This document shows positions 1 to 13,200 of a stretch of 64,000 bases of DNA, piece by piece (positions within the stretch are counted from its first letter, which is position 1; each line of letters begins with the position of its first letter). The position numbers and the translations under genes were made by a program. The DNA is from Eledone cirrhosa (taxonomy: Eukaryota), in NCBI GenBank assembly GCA_964016885.1, contig OZ024747.1, positions 29,512,001 through 29,576,000 on the forward strand, in the 5' to 3' direction. A model generated the notes under the pieces. The model ran no database searches. It was not told the origin of the DNA and saw nothing but the letters and a program-made list of their open reading frames with translations.

Positions 1-117
1 AGATTGATTTTTTTTCTTTCGAAATATCTACTTTCTGATTTCGAAAATTGTTATATATTTTGTATTTTTAAAAAATTTTTCAGCGTGTATGTATAAATCT
101 ATAAACGCATTTTTTCC

Positions 118-253
118 AAATACTGTGTAAAATGATCAATTTGTGAAAAACCTAAAAAAACCAATTTTAGAAATCAGAAGTAAATATTTCGAAAAGTATA
201 AAAAAATTGATTATTTTAGGTTTTTCACAAATTGATCATTTTACACAGTATTT
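118..253. repeat. 51-bp inverted repeat inside the SatA monomer (first copy shown; recurs in each monomer)
   Basis: Arm 118-168 (consensus AAATACTGTGTAAAATGATCAATTTGTGAAAAACCTAAAAAAATCAATTTT) is the reverse complement of arm 203-253 (AAAATTGATTATTTTAGGTTTTTCACAAATTGATCATTTTACACAGTATTT). The consensus arms have 1 mismatch and a ~34-bp spacer. Confidence 0.95.
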
Positions 254-2212
254 CGAAAAATTGTTTTTTTTTAAAAAACATTGATTTTTTTTCTTTCGAA
301 ATATATACTTTCTGATTTCGAAAATTGATATATATTTTGTATTTTTAAAAAGTTTTTCAACGTGTCGAAACATAATGTATAAACGCATTTTTTCCAAATA
401 CTGTGTAAAATGATCTATTTGTGAAAAAGCTAAAAAAATCAATTTTAGAAATCGGAAGTAAATATTTCGAAAAGTATAAAAAAATTGATTATTTTAGGTT
501 TTTCACAAATTGATCATTTTAAACAGTATTTCGAAAAATTGTTTTTTTTCCAAAAACATTGATTTTTTTTCTTTCGAAATATATACTTTCTGATTTAGAA
601 AATTGATATATATTTTGTATTTTTCAAACACAATGTATAAACGCATTTTTTTGAAAAAAAACCTTTCTTCCAAATAGTGTGTAAAATGATCAATTTGTGA
701 AAAACCTAAAAAAATCAATTTTAGAAATCAGAAGTAAATATTTCGAAAATTATAAAAAAATTGATTATTTTAGGTTTTTCACAAATTGATCATTTTACAC
801 AGTATTTCGAAAAATTGTTATTTTATCAAAAAACATTGATTTTTTTTCTTTCGAAATATATACTTTCTGATTTCGAAAATTGATATATATTTTGTATTTT
901 TCAAACACAATGTATAAACGCATTTTTTTGAAAAAAAACATTTTTTCCAAATACTGTGTAAAATGATCAATTTGTGAAAAACCTAAAAAAATCAATTTTA
1001 GAAGTTAGAAGTAAATATTTCGAAAAGTATAAAAAAATTGATTATTTTAGGTTTTTCACAAATTGATCATTTTACACAGTATTTCGAAAAATTGTTTTTT
1101 TTCAAAAAAGATTGATTTTTTTTCTTCCGAAATATATACTTTCTGATTTCGAAAATTGATATATATTTTGTATTTTTCAAACACAATGTATAAACGCATT
1201 CTTTTGAAAAAAAACGCATTTTTTCCAAATACTCTGTAAAATGATCAATTTGTGAAAAACCTAAAAAAATCAATTTTAGAAGTTAGAAGTAAATATTTCG
1301 AAAAGTATAAAAAAAATTGATTATTTTAGGTTTTTCACAAATTGATCATTTTACACAGTATTTTGAAAAATTGTTTTTTTATCAAAAAAGATTGATTTTT
1401 TTTCTTTCGAAATATATACTTTCTGATTTCGAAAATTGATATATATTTTGTATTTTTCAAACACAATGTATAAACGCATTTTTTTGAAAAAAAACATTTT
1501 TTCCAAATACTGTGTAAAATGATCAATTTGTGAAAAACCTAAAAAAATCAATTTTAGAAGTTAGAAGTAAATATTTCGAAAAGTATAAAAAAATTGATTA
1601 TTTTAGGTTTTTCACAAATTGATCATTTTACACAGTATTTCGAAAAATTGTTTTTTTATCAAAAAAGATTGATTTTTTTTCTTTCGAAATATATAATTTC
1701 TGATTTCGAAATTTGATATATATTTTGTATTTTTCAAACACAATGTATAAACGCATTTTTTTGAAAAAAAACATTTTTTCCAAATACTGTGTAAATTGAT
1801 CAATTTGTGAAAAACCTAAAAAAATCAATTTTAGAAATCAGAAGTAAATTTTTCGAAAAGTGTAAACAAATTGATTATTTTAGGTTTTTCACAAATTGAT
1901 CATTTTACACAGTATTTCGAAAAATTGTTTTTTTTCAAAAAAGATTGATTTTTTTTCTTTCGAAATATCTACTTTCTGATTTCGAAAATTGTTATATATT
2001 TTGTATTTTTAAAAAATTTTTCAGCGTGTATGTATAAATGTATAAACGCATTTTTTCCAAATACTGTGTAAAATGATCAATTTGTGAAAAACCTAAAAAA
2101 ATCAATTTTAGAAATCAGAAGTAAATATTTCGAAAAGTATAAAAAAATTGATTATTTTAGGTTTTCCAGAAATTGCTCATTTTACACAGTATTTCGCAAA
2201 ATTGTTTTTTTA

Positions 2213-5200
2213 TCAAAAAAGATTGATTTTTTTTCTTTCGAAATATATACTTTCTGATTTCTAAAATTGATATATATTTTGTATTTTTCAAATATTTTTC
2301 AACGTGTCGAAACACAATGTATAAACGCATTTTTTCCAAATACTGTGTAAAATGATCAATTTGTGAAAAACCTAAAACAATCAATTTTAGAAATCGGAAG
2401 TAAATATTTCGAAAAGTATATAAAAATTGATTATTTTAGGTTTTTTACAAATTGATCATTTTACACAGTATTTCGAAAAATTGTTTTTTTATCAAAAAAC
2501 ATTGATTTTTTTTCTTTCGAAATATATACTTTCTGATTTCGAAAATTGATATATATTTTGTATTTTTAAAAAGTTTTTCAACGTGTCGAAACATAATGTA
2601 TAAACGCATTTTTTCCAAATACTGTGTAAAATGATCTATTTGTGAAAAAGCTAAAAAAATCAATTTTAGAAATCGGAAGTAAATATTTCGAAAAGTATAA
2701 AAAAATTGATTATTTTAGGTTTTTCACAAATTGATCATTTTAAACAGTATTTCGAAAAATTATTTTTTTTCCAAAAACATTGATTTTTTTTCTTTCGAAA
2801 TATATACTTTCTGATTTCGAAAATTGATATATATTTTGTATTTTTCAAATATTTTTCAACGTGTCGAAACACAATGTATAAACGCATTTTTTTGAAAAAA
2901 AACATTTTTTCCAAATACTGTGTAAAATGATCAATTTGTGAAAAACCTAAAAAAATCAATTTTAGAAATCAGAAGTAAATATTTCGAAAAGTATAAAAAA
3001 ATTGATTATTTTAGGTTTTTCACAAATTGATCATTTTACACAGTATTTCGAAAAATTGTTTTTTTATCAAAAAAGATTGATTTTCTTTCTTTCGAAATAT
3101 ATAATTTCTGATTTCGAAATTTGATATATATTTTGTATTTTTCAAAAATTTTTCAACGTGTTGAAACAATGTATAAACGCATTTTTTTGAAAAAAAAACA
3201 TTTTTTCCAAATACTGTGTAAATTGATCAATTTGTGAAAAACCTAAAAAAATCAATTTTAGAAATCAGAAGTAAATATTTCGAAAAGTGTAAACAAATTG
3301 ATTATTTTAGGTTTTTCACAAATTGATCATTTTATACAGTATTTCGAAAAATTGTTTTTTTTCAAAAAAGATTGATTTTTTTTCTTTCGAAATATCTACT
3401 TTCTGATTTCGAAAATTGTTATATATTTTGTATTTTTAAAAATTTTTTCAGCGTGTATGTATAAATCTATAAACGCATTTTTTCCAAATACTGTGTAAAA
3501 TGATCAATTTGTGAAAAACCTAAAAAAATCAATTTTAGAAATCAGAAGTAAATATTTCGAAAAGTATAAAAAAATTGATTATTTTAGGTTTTTCACAAAT
3601 TGATCATTTTACACAGTATTTCGAAAAATTGTTTTTTTTTTTAAAAACATTGATTTTTTTTCTTTCGAAATATATACTTTCTGATTTCGAAAATTGATAT
3701 ATATTTTGTATTTTTAAAAAGTTTTTCAACGTGGCGAAACATAATGTATAAACGCATTTTTTCCAAATACTGTTTAAAATGATCTATTTGTGAAAAAGCT
3801 AAAAAAATCAATTTTAGAAATCGGAAGTAAATATTTCGAAAAGTATAAAAAAATTGATTATTTTAGGTTTTTCACAAATTGATCATTTTACACAGTATTT
3901 CGAAAAATTGTTTTTTTTCAAAAAAGATTGATTTTTTTTCTTTCGAAATATATACTTTCTGATTTAGAAAATTGATATATATTTTGTATTTTTCAAACAC
4001 AATGTATAAACGCATTTTTTTGAAAAAAACATTTTTTCCAAATACTCTGTAAAATGATCAATTTGTGAAAAACCTAAAAAAATCAATTTTAGAAATCAGA
4101 AGTAAATATTTCGAAAAGTATAAAAAAATTGATTATTTTAGGTTTTTCACACATTGATCATTTTACACAGTATTTCGAAAAATTGTTTTTTTTCAAAAAA
4201 CATTGATTTTTTTTCTTTCGAAATATATACTTTCTGATTTCGAAAATTGATATATATTTTGTATTTTTAAAAAGTTTTTCAACGTGTCGAAACATAATGT
4301 ATAAACGCATTTTTTCCAAATACTGTGTAAAATGATCTATTTGTGAAAAAGCTAAAAAAATCAATTTTAGAAATCGGAAGTAAATATTTCGAAAAGTATA
4401 AAAAAATTGATTATTTTAGGTTTTTCACAAATTGATCATTTTACACAGTATTTCGAAAAATTGTTTTTTTTCAAAAAAGATTGATTTTTTTTCTTTCGAA
4501 ATATATACTTTCTGATTTCTAAAATTGATATATATTTTGTATTTTTCAAATATTTTTCAACGTGTCGAAACACAATGTATAAACGCATTTTTTCCAAATA
4601 CTGTGTAAAATGATCAATTTGTGAAAAACCTAAAACAATCAATTTTAGAAATCGGAAGTAAATATTTCGAAAAGTATATAAAAATTGATTATTTTAGGTT
4701 TTTTACAAATTGATCATTTTACACAGTATTTCGAAAAATTGTTTTTTTATCAAAAAACATTGATTTTTTTTCTTTCGAAATATATACTTTCTGATTTCGA
4801 AAATTGATATATATTTTGTATTTTTAAAAAGTTTTTCAACGTGTCGAAACATAATGTATAAACGCATTTTTTCCAAATACTGTGTAAAATGATCTATTTG
4901 TGAAAAAGCTAAAAAAATCAATTTTAGAAATCGGAAGTAAATATTTCGAAAAGTATAAAAAAATTGATTATTTTAGGTTTTTCACAAATTGATCATTTTA
5001 AACAGTATTTCGAAAAATTATTTTTTTTCCAAAAACATTGATTTTTTTTCTTTCGAAATATATACTTTCTGATTTCGAAAATTGATATATATTTTGTATT
5101 TTTCAAATATTTTTCAACGTGTCGAAACACAATGTATAAACGCATTTTTTTGAAAAAAAACATTTTTTCCAAATACTGTGTAAAATGATCAATTTGTGAA

Positions 5201-6775
5201 AAACCTAAAAAAATCAATTTTAGAAATCAGAAGTAAATATTTCGAAAAGTATAAAAAAATTGATTATTTTAGGTTTTTCACAAATTGATCATTTTACACA
5301 GTATTTCGAAAAATTGTTTTTTTATCAAAAAAGATTGATTTTCTTTCTTTCGAAATATATAATTTCTGATTTCGAAATTTGATATATATTTTGTATTTTT
5401 CAAAAATTTTTCAACGTGTTGAAACAATGTATAAACGCATTTTTTTGAAAAAAAAACATTTTTTCCAAATACTGTGTAAATTGATCAATTTGTGAAAAAC
5501 CTAAAAAAATCAATTTTAGAAATCAGAAGTAAATATTTCGAAAAGTGTAAACAAATTGATTATTTTAGGTTTTTCACAAATTGATCATTTTATACAGTAT
5601 TTCGAAAAATTGTTTTTTTTCAAAAAAGATTGATTTTTTTTCTTTCGAAATATCTACTTTCTGATTTCGAAAATTGTTATATATTTTGTATTTTTAAAAA
5701 TTTTTTCAGCGTGTATGTATAAATCTATAAACGCATTTTTTCCAAATACTGTGTAAAATGATCAATTTGTGAAAAACCTAAAAAAATCAATTTTAGAAAT
5801 CAGAAGTAAATATTTCGAAAAGTATAAAAAAATTGATTATTTTAGGTTTTTCACAAATTGATCATTTTACACAGTATTTCGAAAAATTGTTTTTTTTTTT
5901 AAAAACATTGATTTTTTTTCTTTCGAAATATATACTTTCTGATTTCGAAAATTGATATATATTTTGTATTTTTAAAAAGTTTTTCAACGTGGCGAAACAT
6001 AATGTATAAACGCATTTTTTCCAAATACTGTTTAAAATGATCTATTTGTGAAAAAGCTAAAAAAATCAATTTTAGAAATCGGAAGTAAATATTTCGAAAA
6101 GTATAAAAAAATTGATTATTTTAGGTTTTTCACAAATTGATCATTTTACACAGTATTTCGAAAAATTGTTTTTTTTCAAAAAAGATTGATTTTTTTTCTT
6201 TCGAAATATATACTTTCTGATTTAGAAAATTGATATATATTTTGTATTTTTCAAACACAATGTATAAACGCATTTTTTTGAAAAAAACATTTTTTCCAAA
6301 TACTCTGTAAAATGATCAATTTGTGAAAAACCTAAAAAAATCAATTTTAGAAATCAGAAGTAAATATTTCGAAAAGTATAAAAAAATTGATTATTTTAGG
6401 TTTTTCACACATTGATCATTTTACACAGTATTTCGAAAAATTGTTTTTTTTCAAAAAACATTGATTTTTTTTCTTTCGAAATATATACTTTCTGATTTCG
6501 AAAATTGATATATATTTTGTATTTTTAAAAAGTTTTTCAACGTGTCGAAACATAATGTATAAACGCATTTTTTCCAAATACTGTGTAAAATGATCTATTT
6601 GTGAAAAAGCTAAAAAAATCAATTTTAGAAATCGGAAGTAAATATTTCGAAAAGTATAAAAAAATTGATTATTTTAGGTTTTTCACAAATTGATCATTTT
6701 ACACAGTATTTCGAAAAATTGTTTTTTTTCAAAAAAGATTGATTTTTTTTCTTTCGAAATATATACTTTCTGATT
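2213..6775. repeat. 2258-bp (8-monomer) higher-order tandem duplication in SatA, ~2 copies
   Basis: Variant monomers recur at a constant offset of 2258: ORF-track coordinates 2384/4642, 2663/4921, 2959/5217, 4364/6622. Private variants GTGGCGAAAC, TTTTATACAG and CACACATTG each occur in both copies. Boundaries are approximate. Confidence 0.92.
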
Positions 6776-7053
6776 TCGAAAATTGATATATATTTTGTAT
6801 TTTTCAAACACAATGTATAAACGCATTTTTTTGAAAAAAAACATTTTTTCCAAATACTCTGTAAAATGATCAATTTGTGAAAAACCTAAAAAAATCAATT
6901 TTAGAAGTTAGAAGTAAATATTTCGAAAATTATAAAAACATTGATTATTTTAGGTTTTTCACAAATTGATAATTTTACACAGTATTTCGAAAAATTGTTT
7001 TTTTATCAAAAAAGATTGATTTTTTTTCTTTCGAAATATATACTTTCTGATTT

Positions 7054-7253
7054 NNNNNNNNNNNNNNNNNNNNNNNNNNNNNNNNNNNNNNNNNNNNNNN
7101 NNNNNNNNNNNNNNNNNNNNNNNNNNNNNNNNNNNNNNNNNNNNNNNNNNNNNNNNNNNNNNNNNNNNNNNNNNNNNNNNNNNNNNNNNNNNNNNNNNNN
7201 NNNNNNNNNNNNNNNNNNNNNNNNNNNNNNNNNNNNNNNNNNNNNNNNNNNNN
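7054..7253. other. Assembly gap (200 N)
   Basis: Exactly 200 consecutive N. A round number is typical of a scaffolding join of unknown true size. Confidence 0.99.
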
Positions 7254-10200
7254 TCCCGTTTTTTTACGGGGGGGTCCCGTTTTTTATTTGGGTGTCCCGT
7301 TTTTTTATGGGGGGTCCCGTTTTTTATTTGGGTGCCCCGTTTTTTTATGGGGGGGGTCCGTTTTTTATTTGGGTACCCCGTTTTTTATTTGGGTGCCCCG
7401 TTTTTTTATGGGGGGGGTCCGTTTTTTATTTGGGTGCCCCGTTTTTTTTATGGGGGGGGGTCCGTTTTTTTATTTGGGTGCCCCGTTTTTTATTTGGGTA
7501 CCCCGTTTTTTATTTGGGTGCCCCGTTTTTTATTTGGGTGCCCCGTTTTTTTATGGGGGGGTCCGTTTTTTATTTGGGTGCCCCGTTTTTTATTTGGGTA
7601 CCCCGTTTTTTATTTGGGTGCCCCGTTTTTTTATGGGGGGGTCCGTTTTTTATTTGGGTGCCCCGTTTTTTTATGGGGGGGCCGTTTTTTATTTGGGTAC
7701 CCCGTTTTTTATTTGGGTGTCCCGTTTTTTTATGGGGGGGTCCGTTTTTTATTTGGGTGCCCCGTTTTTTTATGGGGGGGGTCCGTTTTTTATTTGGGTG
7801 CCCCGTTTTTTTATGGGGGGGTCCCGTTTTTTATTTGGGTGCCCCGTTTTTTTATGGGGAGGGTCCGTTTTTTATTTGGGTGTCCCGTTTTTTTATGGGG
7901 GGGGGGTCCCGTTTTTTATTTGGGTGCCCCGTTTTTTTATGGGGGGGTCCGTTTTTTATTTGCGTGCCCCGTTTTTTATTTGGGTGCCCCGTTTTTTTAT
8001 GGGGGGGTCCGTTTTTTATTTGGGTGCCCCGTTTTTTTATGGGGGGGGTCCGTTTTTTATTTGGGTGCCCCGTTTTTTTATGGGGGGTACCGTTTTTTAT
8101 TTGGGTGCCCCGTTTTTTTATGGGGGGGTCCGTTTTTAATTTGGGTACCCCGTTTTTTATTTGGGTGCCCCGTTTTTTTATGGGGGGGGTCCGTTTTTTA
8201 TTTGGGTGCCCCGTTTTTTTATGGGGGGGGTCCGTTTTTTATTTGGGTGCCCCGTTTTTTATGGGGGGTCCCGTTTTTTATTTGGGTGCCCCGTTTTTTT
8301 ATGGGGGGGTCCGTTTTTTATTTGGGTACCCCGTTTTTTATTTGGGTGCCCCGTTTTTTATTTGGGTGCCCCGTTTTTTTATGGGGGGGTCTGTTTTTTA
8401 TTTGGGTGCCCCGTTTTTTTATGGGGGGGGTCCGTTTTTTATTTGGGTGCCCCGTTTTTTTATGGGGGGGTCCCGTTTTTTATTTGGGTGCCCCGTTTTT
8501 TTATGGGGGGGGTTCGTTTTTTATTTGGGTACCCCGTTTTTTATTTGGGTGCCCCGTTTTTTTATGGGGGGGGTCCGTTTTTTATTTGGGTGCCCCGTTT
8601 TTTATTTGGGTGCCCCGTTTTTTTATGGGGGGGATCCGTTTTTTATTTGGGTGCCCCGTTTTATATTTGGGTGCCCCGTTTTTTATTTGGGTGCCCCGTT
8701 TTTTTATGGGGGGGTCCGTTTTTTATCTGGGTACCCCGTTTTTTATTTGGGTACCCCGTTTTTTATTTGGGTGCCCCGTTTTTTTATGGGGGGGGGTCCG
8801 TTTTTTATTTGGGTGCCCCGTTTTTTTTATGGGGGGGTCCGTTTTTTATTTGGGTGCCCCGTTTTTTATTTGGGTACCCCGTTTTTTATTTGGGTGCCCC
8901 GTTTTTTATTTGGGTGCCCCGTTTTTTTATGGGGGAGTCCGTTTTTTATTTGGGTGCCCCGTTTTTTATTTGGGTACCCCGTTTTTTATTTGGGTGCCCC
9001 GTTTTTTTATGGGGGGGGTCCGTTTTTTATTTGGGTGCCCCGTTTTTTTATGGGGGGGGTCCGTTTTTTATTTGGGTGCCCCGTTTTTTATTTGGGTACC
9101 CCGTTTTTTATTTGGGTGCCCCGTTTTTTATTTGGGTGCCCCGTTTTTTTATGGGGGGGTCCGTTTTTTATTTGGGTGACCCGTTTTTTATTTGGGTACC
9201 CCGTTTTTTATTTGGGTGCCCCGTTTTTTTATGGGGGGGTCCGTTTTTTATTTGGGTGCCCCGTTTTTTTATGGGGGGGGCCGTTTTTTATTTGGGTGCC
9301 CCGTTTTTTTATGGGGGGGGTCCGTTTTTTATTTGGGTGCCCCGTTTTTTTATGGGGGGGTCCCGTTTTTTATTTGGGTGCCCCGTTTTTTTATGGGGGG
9401 TCCGTTTTTTATTTGGGTACCCCGTTTTTTATTTGGGTGTCCCGTTTTTTTATGGGGGGGGTCCCGTTTTTTATTTGGGTGCCCCGTTTTTTTATGGGGG
9501 GGTCCGTTTTTTATTTGCGTGCCCCGTTTTTTACTTGGGTGCCCCGTTTTTTTATGGGGGGGGTCCGTTTTTTATTTGGGTGCCCCGTTTTTTTATGGGG
9601 GGGGTCCGTTTTTTATTTGGGTGCCCCGTTTTTTATGGGGGGTCCCGTTTTTTATTTGGGTGCCCCGTTTTTTTATGGGGGGGTCCGTTTTTTATTTGGG
9701 TACCCGTTTTTTATTTGGGTGCCCAGTTTTTTTATGGGTGGATCCGTTTTTTATTTGGGTGTCCCGTTTTTTATTTGGGTGCCCCGTTTTTTATTTGGGT
9801 GCCCCGTTTTTTTATGGGGGGGTCCGTTTTTTATTTGGGTGCCCCGTTTTTTTATGGGGGGGGTCCGTTTTTTATTTGGGTGCCCCGTTTTTTTATGGGG
9901 GGGTCCCGTTTTTTATTTGGGTGCCCCGTTTTTTTATGGGGGGGGTTCGTTTTTTATTTGGGTACCCCGTTTTTTATTTGGGTGCCCCGTTTTTTTATGG
10001 GGGGGGTCCGTTTTTTATTTGGGTGCCCCGTTTTTTATTTGGGTGCCGCGTTTTTTTATGGGGGGGATCCGTTTTTTATTTGGGTGCCCCGTTTTTTATT
10101 TGGGTGCCCCGTTTTTTATTTGGGTGCCCCGTTTTTTTATGGGGGAGTCCGTTTTTTATTTGGGTGCCCCGTTTTTTATTTGGGTACCCCGTTTTTTATT

Positions 10201-13200
10201 TGGGTGCCCCGTTTTTTTATGGGGGGGGTCCGTTTTTTATTTGGGTGCCCCGTTTTTTTATGGGGGGGCCGTTTTTTATTTGGGTACCCCGTTATTTATT
10301 TGGGTGCCCCGTTTTTTATTTGGGTACCCCGTTTTTTATTTGGGTGCCCCGTTTTTTTATGGGGGGGTCCGTTTTTTATTTGGGTGCCCCGTTTTTTTAT
10401 GGGGGGGTCCGTTTTTTATTTGGGTGCCCCGTTTTTTTATGGGGGGGTCCCGTTTTTTATTTGGGTGCCCCGTTTTTTTATGGGGGGGTCCGTTTTTTAT
10501 TTGGGTACCCCGTTTTTTATTTGGGTGTCCCGTTTTTTTATGGGGGGGTCCGTTTTTTATTTGGGTACCCCGTTTTTTATTTGGGTGCCCGGTTTTTTTA
10601 TGGGGGGGTCCGTTTTTTATTTGGGTGCCCCGTTTTTTTTATGGGGGGGGTCCGTTTTTTATTTGGGTGCCCCGTTTTTTTATGGGGGGGTCCCGTTTTT
10701 TATTTGGGTGCCCCGTTTTTTTATGGGGGGGGGTCCGTTTTTTATTTGGGTACCCCGTTTTTTATTTGGGTGCCCCGTTTTTTTATGGGGGGGTCCGTTT
10801 TTTATTTGGGTACCCCGTTTTTTATTTGGGTGCCCCGTTTTTTTATGGGGGGGTCCGTTTTTTATTTGGGTGCCCCGTTTTTTTATGGGGGGGTCCGTTT
10901 TTTATTTGGGTGCCCCGTTTTTTTATGGGGGGGGTCCCGTTTTTTATTTGGGTGCCCCGTTTTTTTATGGGGGGGGGTCCGTTTTTTATTTGGGTACCCC
11001 GTTTTTTATTTGGGTGCCCCGTTTTTTTATGGGGGGGTCCGTTTTTTATTTGGGTGCCCCGTTTTTTTATGGGGGGTCCGTTTTTTATTTGGGTGCCCCG
11101 TTTTTTTATGGGGGGGTCCCGTTTTTTATTTGGGTGCCCCGTTTTTTTATGGGGGGGGTCCGTTTTTTATTTGGGTACCCCGTTTTTTATTTGGGTGCCC
11201 CGTTTTTTTATGGGGGGGGTCCGTTTTTTATTTGGGTGCCCCGTTTTTTATTTGGGTGCCCCGTTTTTTTATGGGGGGGATCCGTTTTTTATTTGGGTGC
11301 CCCGTTTTATATTTGGGTGCCCCGTTTTTTATTTGGGTGCCCCGTTTTTTATTTGGGTGCCCCGTTTTTTTATGGGGGGGTCCGTTTTTTATCTGGGTAC
11401 CCCGTTTTTTATTTGGGTACCCCGTTTTTTATTTGGGTGCCCCGTTTTTTTATGGGGGGGTCCGTTTTTTATTTGGGTGCCCCGTTTTTTTTATGGGGGG
11501 GTCCGTTTTTTATTTGGGTGCCCCGTTTTTTATTTGGGTACCCCGTTTTTTATTTGGGTGCCCCGTTTTTTTATGGGGGTTCCGTTTTTTATTTGGGTGC
11601 CCCGTTTTTTATTTGGGTGTCCCGTTTTTTTATGGGGGGGGTCCGTTTTTTATTTGGGTACCCCGTTTTTTATTTGGGTGCCCCGTTTTTTTATGGGGGT
11701 TCCGTTTTTTATTTGGGTGCCCCGTTTTTTATTTGGGTGTCCCGTTTTTTTATGGGGGGGGTCCGTTTTTTTATTTGGGTGCCCCGTTTTTTTATGGGGG
11801 GGGGTCCGTTTTTTATTTGGGTACCCCTTTTGTTATTTGGGTGTCCCGTTTTTTTATGGGGGGGGTCCGTTTTTTATTTGGGTGCCCCGTTTTTTTATGG
11901 GGGGGGTCCGTTTTTTATTTGGGTGCCCCGTTTTTTTATGGGGGGGTCCCGTTTTTTATTTGGGTGCCCCGTTTTTTTATGGGGGGGGTCCGTTTTTTAT
12001 TTGGGTACCCCGTTTTTTATTTGGGTGCCCCGTTTTTTATGGGGGGATCCGTTTTTATTTGGGTGTCCCGTTTTTTATTTGGGTGTCCCGTTTTTTATTT
12101 GGGTGTCCCGTTTTTTTATGGGGGGGTCCGTTTTTTATTTGGGTGCCCCGTTTTTTTATGGGGGGTCCCGTTTTTTATTTGGGTGCCCCGTTTTTTTATG
12201 GGGGGGGTCCGTTTTTTATTTGGGTACCCCGTTTTTTATTTGGGTGCCCCGTTTTTTATGGGGGGATCCGTTTTTTATTTGGGTGTCCCGTTTTTTATTT
12301 GGGTGTCCCGTTTTTTTATGGGGGGGGGTCCGTTTTTTTATTTGGGTGTCCCGTTTTTTTATGGGGGGTCCCGTTTTTTATTTGGGTGCCCCGTTTTTTT
12401 ATGGGGGGGTCCCGTTTCTTATTTGGGTGCCCCGTTTTTTTATGGGGGGGGTCCGTTTTTTATTTGGGTACCCCGTTTTTTATTTGGGTGCCCCGTTTTT
12501 TTATGGGGGGGTCCGTTTTTTATTTGGGTGCCCCGTTTTTTTATGGGGGGGTCCGTTTTTTATTTGGGTGCCCCGTTTTTTTATGGGGGGGGTCCGTTTT
12601 TTATTTGGGTACCCCGTTTTTTATTTGGGTGCCCCGTTTTTTTATGGGGGGGTCCCGTTTTTTATTTGGGTGCCCCGTTTTTTTATGGGGGGGGGTCCCG
12701 TTTTTTATTTGGGTACCCCGTTTTTTTATGGGGGGGTCCGTTTTTTATTTGGGTACCCCGTTTTTTATTTGGGTGCCCCGTTTTTTTATAGGGGGGTCCG
12801 TTTTTTATTTGGGTGCCCCGTTTTTTTATGGGGGGGGGTGCGTTTTTTATTTGGGTGTCCCGTTTTTTTACGGGGGGGTCCCGTTTTTTATTTGGGTGCC
12901 CCGTTTTTTTATGGGGGGTCCCGTTTTTTATTTGGGTGCCCCGTTTTTTTATGGGGGGGTCCGTTTTTTATTTGGGTACCCCGTTTTTTATTTGGGTGCC
13001 CCGTTTTTTTATGGGGGGGGTCCGTTTTTTATTTGGGTGCCCCGTTTTTTTTATGGGGGGGGGTCCGTTTTTTATTTGGGTGCCCCGTTTTTTATTTGGG
13101 TACCCCGTTTTTTATTTGGGTGCCCCGTTTTTTATTTGGGTGCCCCGTTTTTTTATGGGGGGTCCGTTTTTTATTTGGGTGCCCCGTTTTTTTATGGGGG

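Larger units (their letters stand above)
1..7053. repeat. SatA: AT-rich satellite, ~278-bp monomer (276-296 bp), about 25 copies, truncated by the window start and the gap
   Basis: The landmark TACTGTGTAAAATGATC (or a 1-nt variant) recurs at 121, 399, 675, 952 and onward, with spacings 278, 276, 277. Near-identical minus-strand pseudo-ORFs recur at the same period. Confidence 0.97.

Noticed and set aside
118-253. SatA hairpins as rho-independent terminators, tRNA or pre-miRNA genes; TTCGAA as heat-shock elements
   Set aside because: The stems are AT-rich, with no upstream gene and no cloverleaf, and no expression evidence is available. TTCGAA lacks the nGAAnnTTCn spacing of an HSE.
236-6898. 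Repeated 63-75 aa minus-strand ORFs (MIFLGFSQIDHF...)
   Set aside because: These are translations of the SatA monomer from TTG starts. Their C-termini change with homopolymer indels, and no domain or codon-level conservation is visible.
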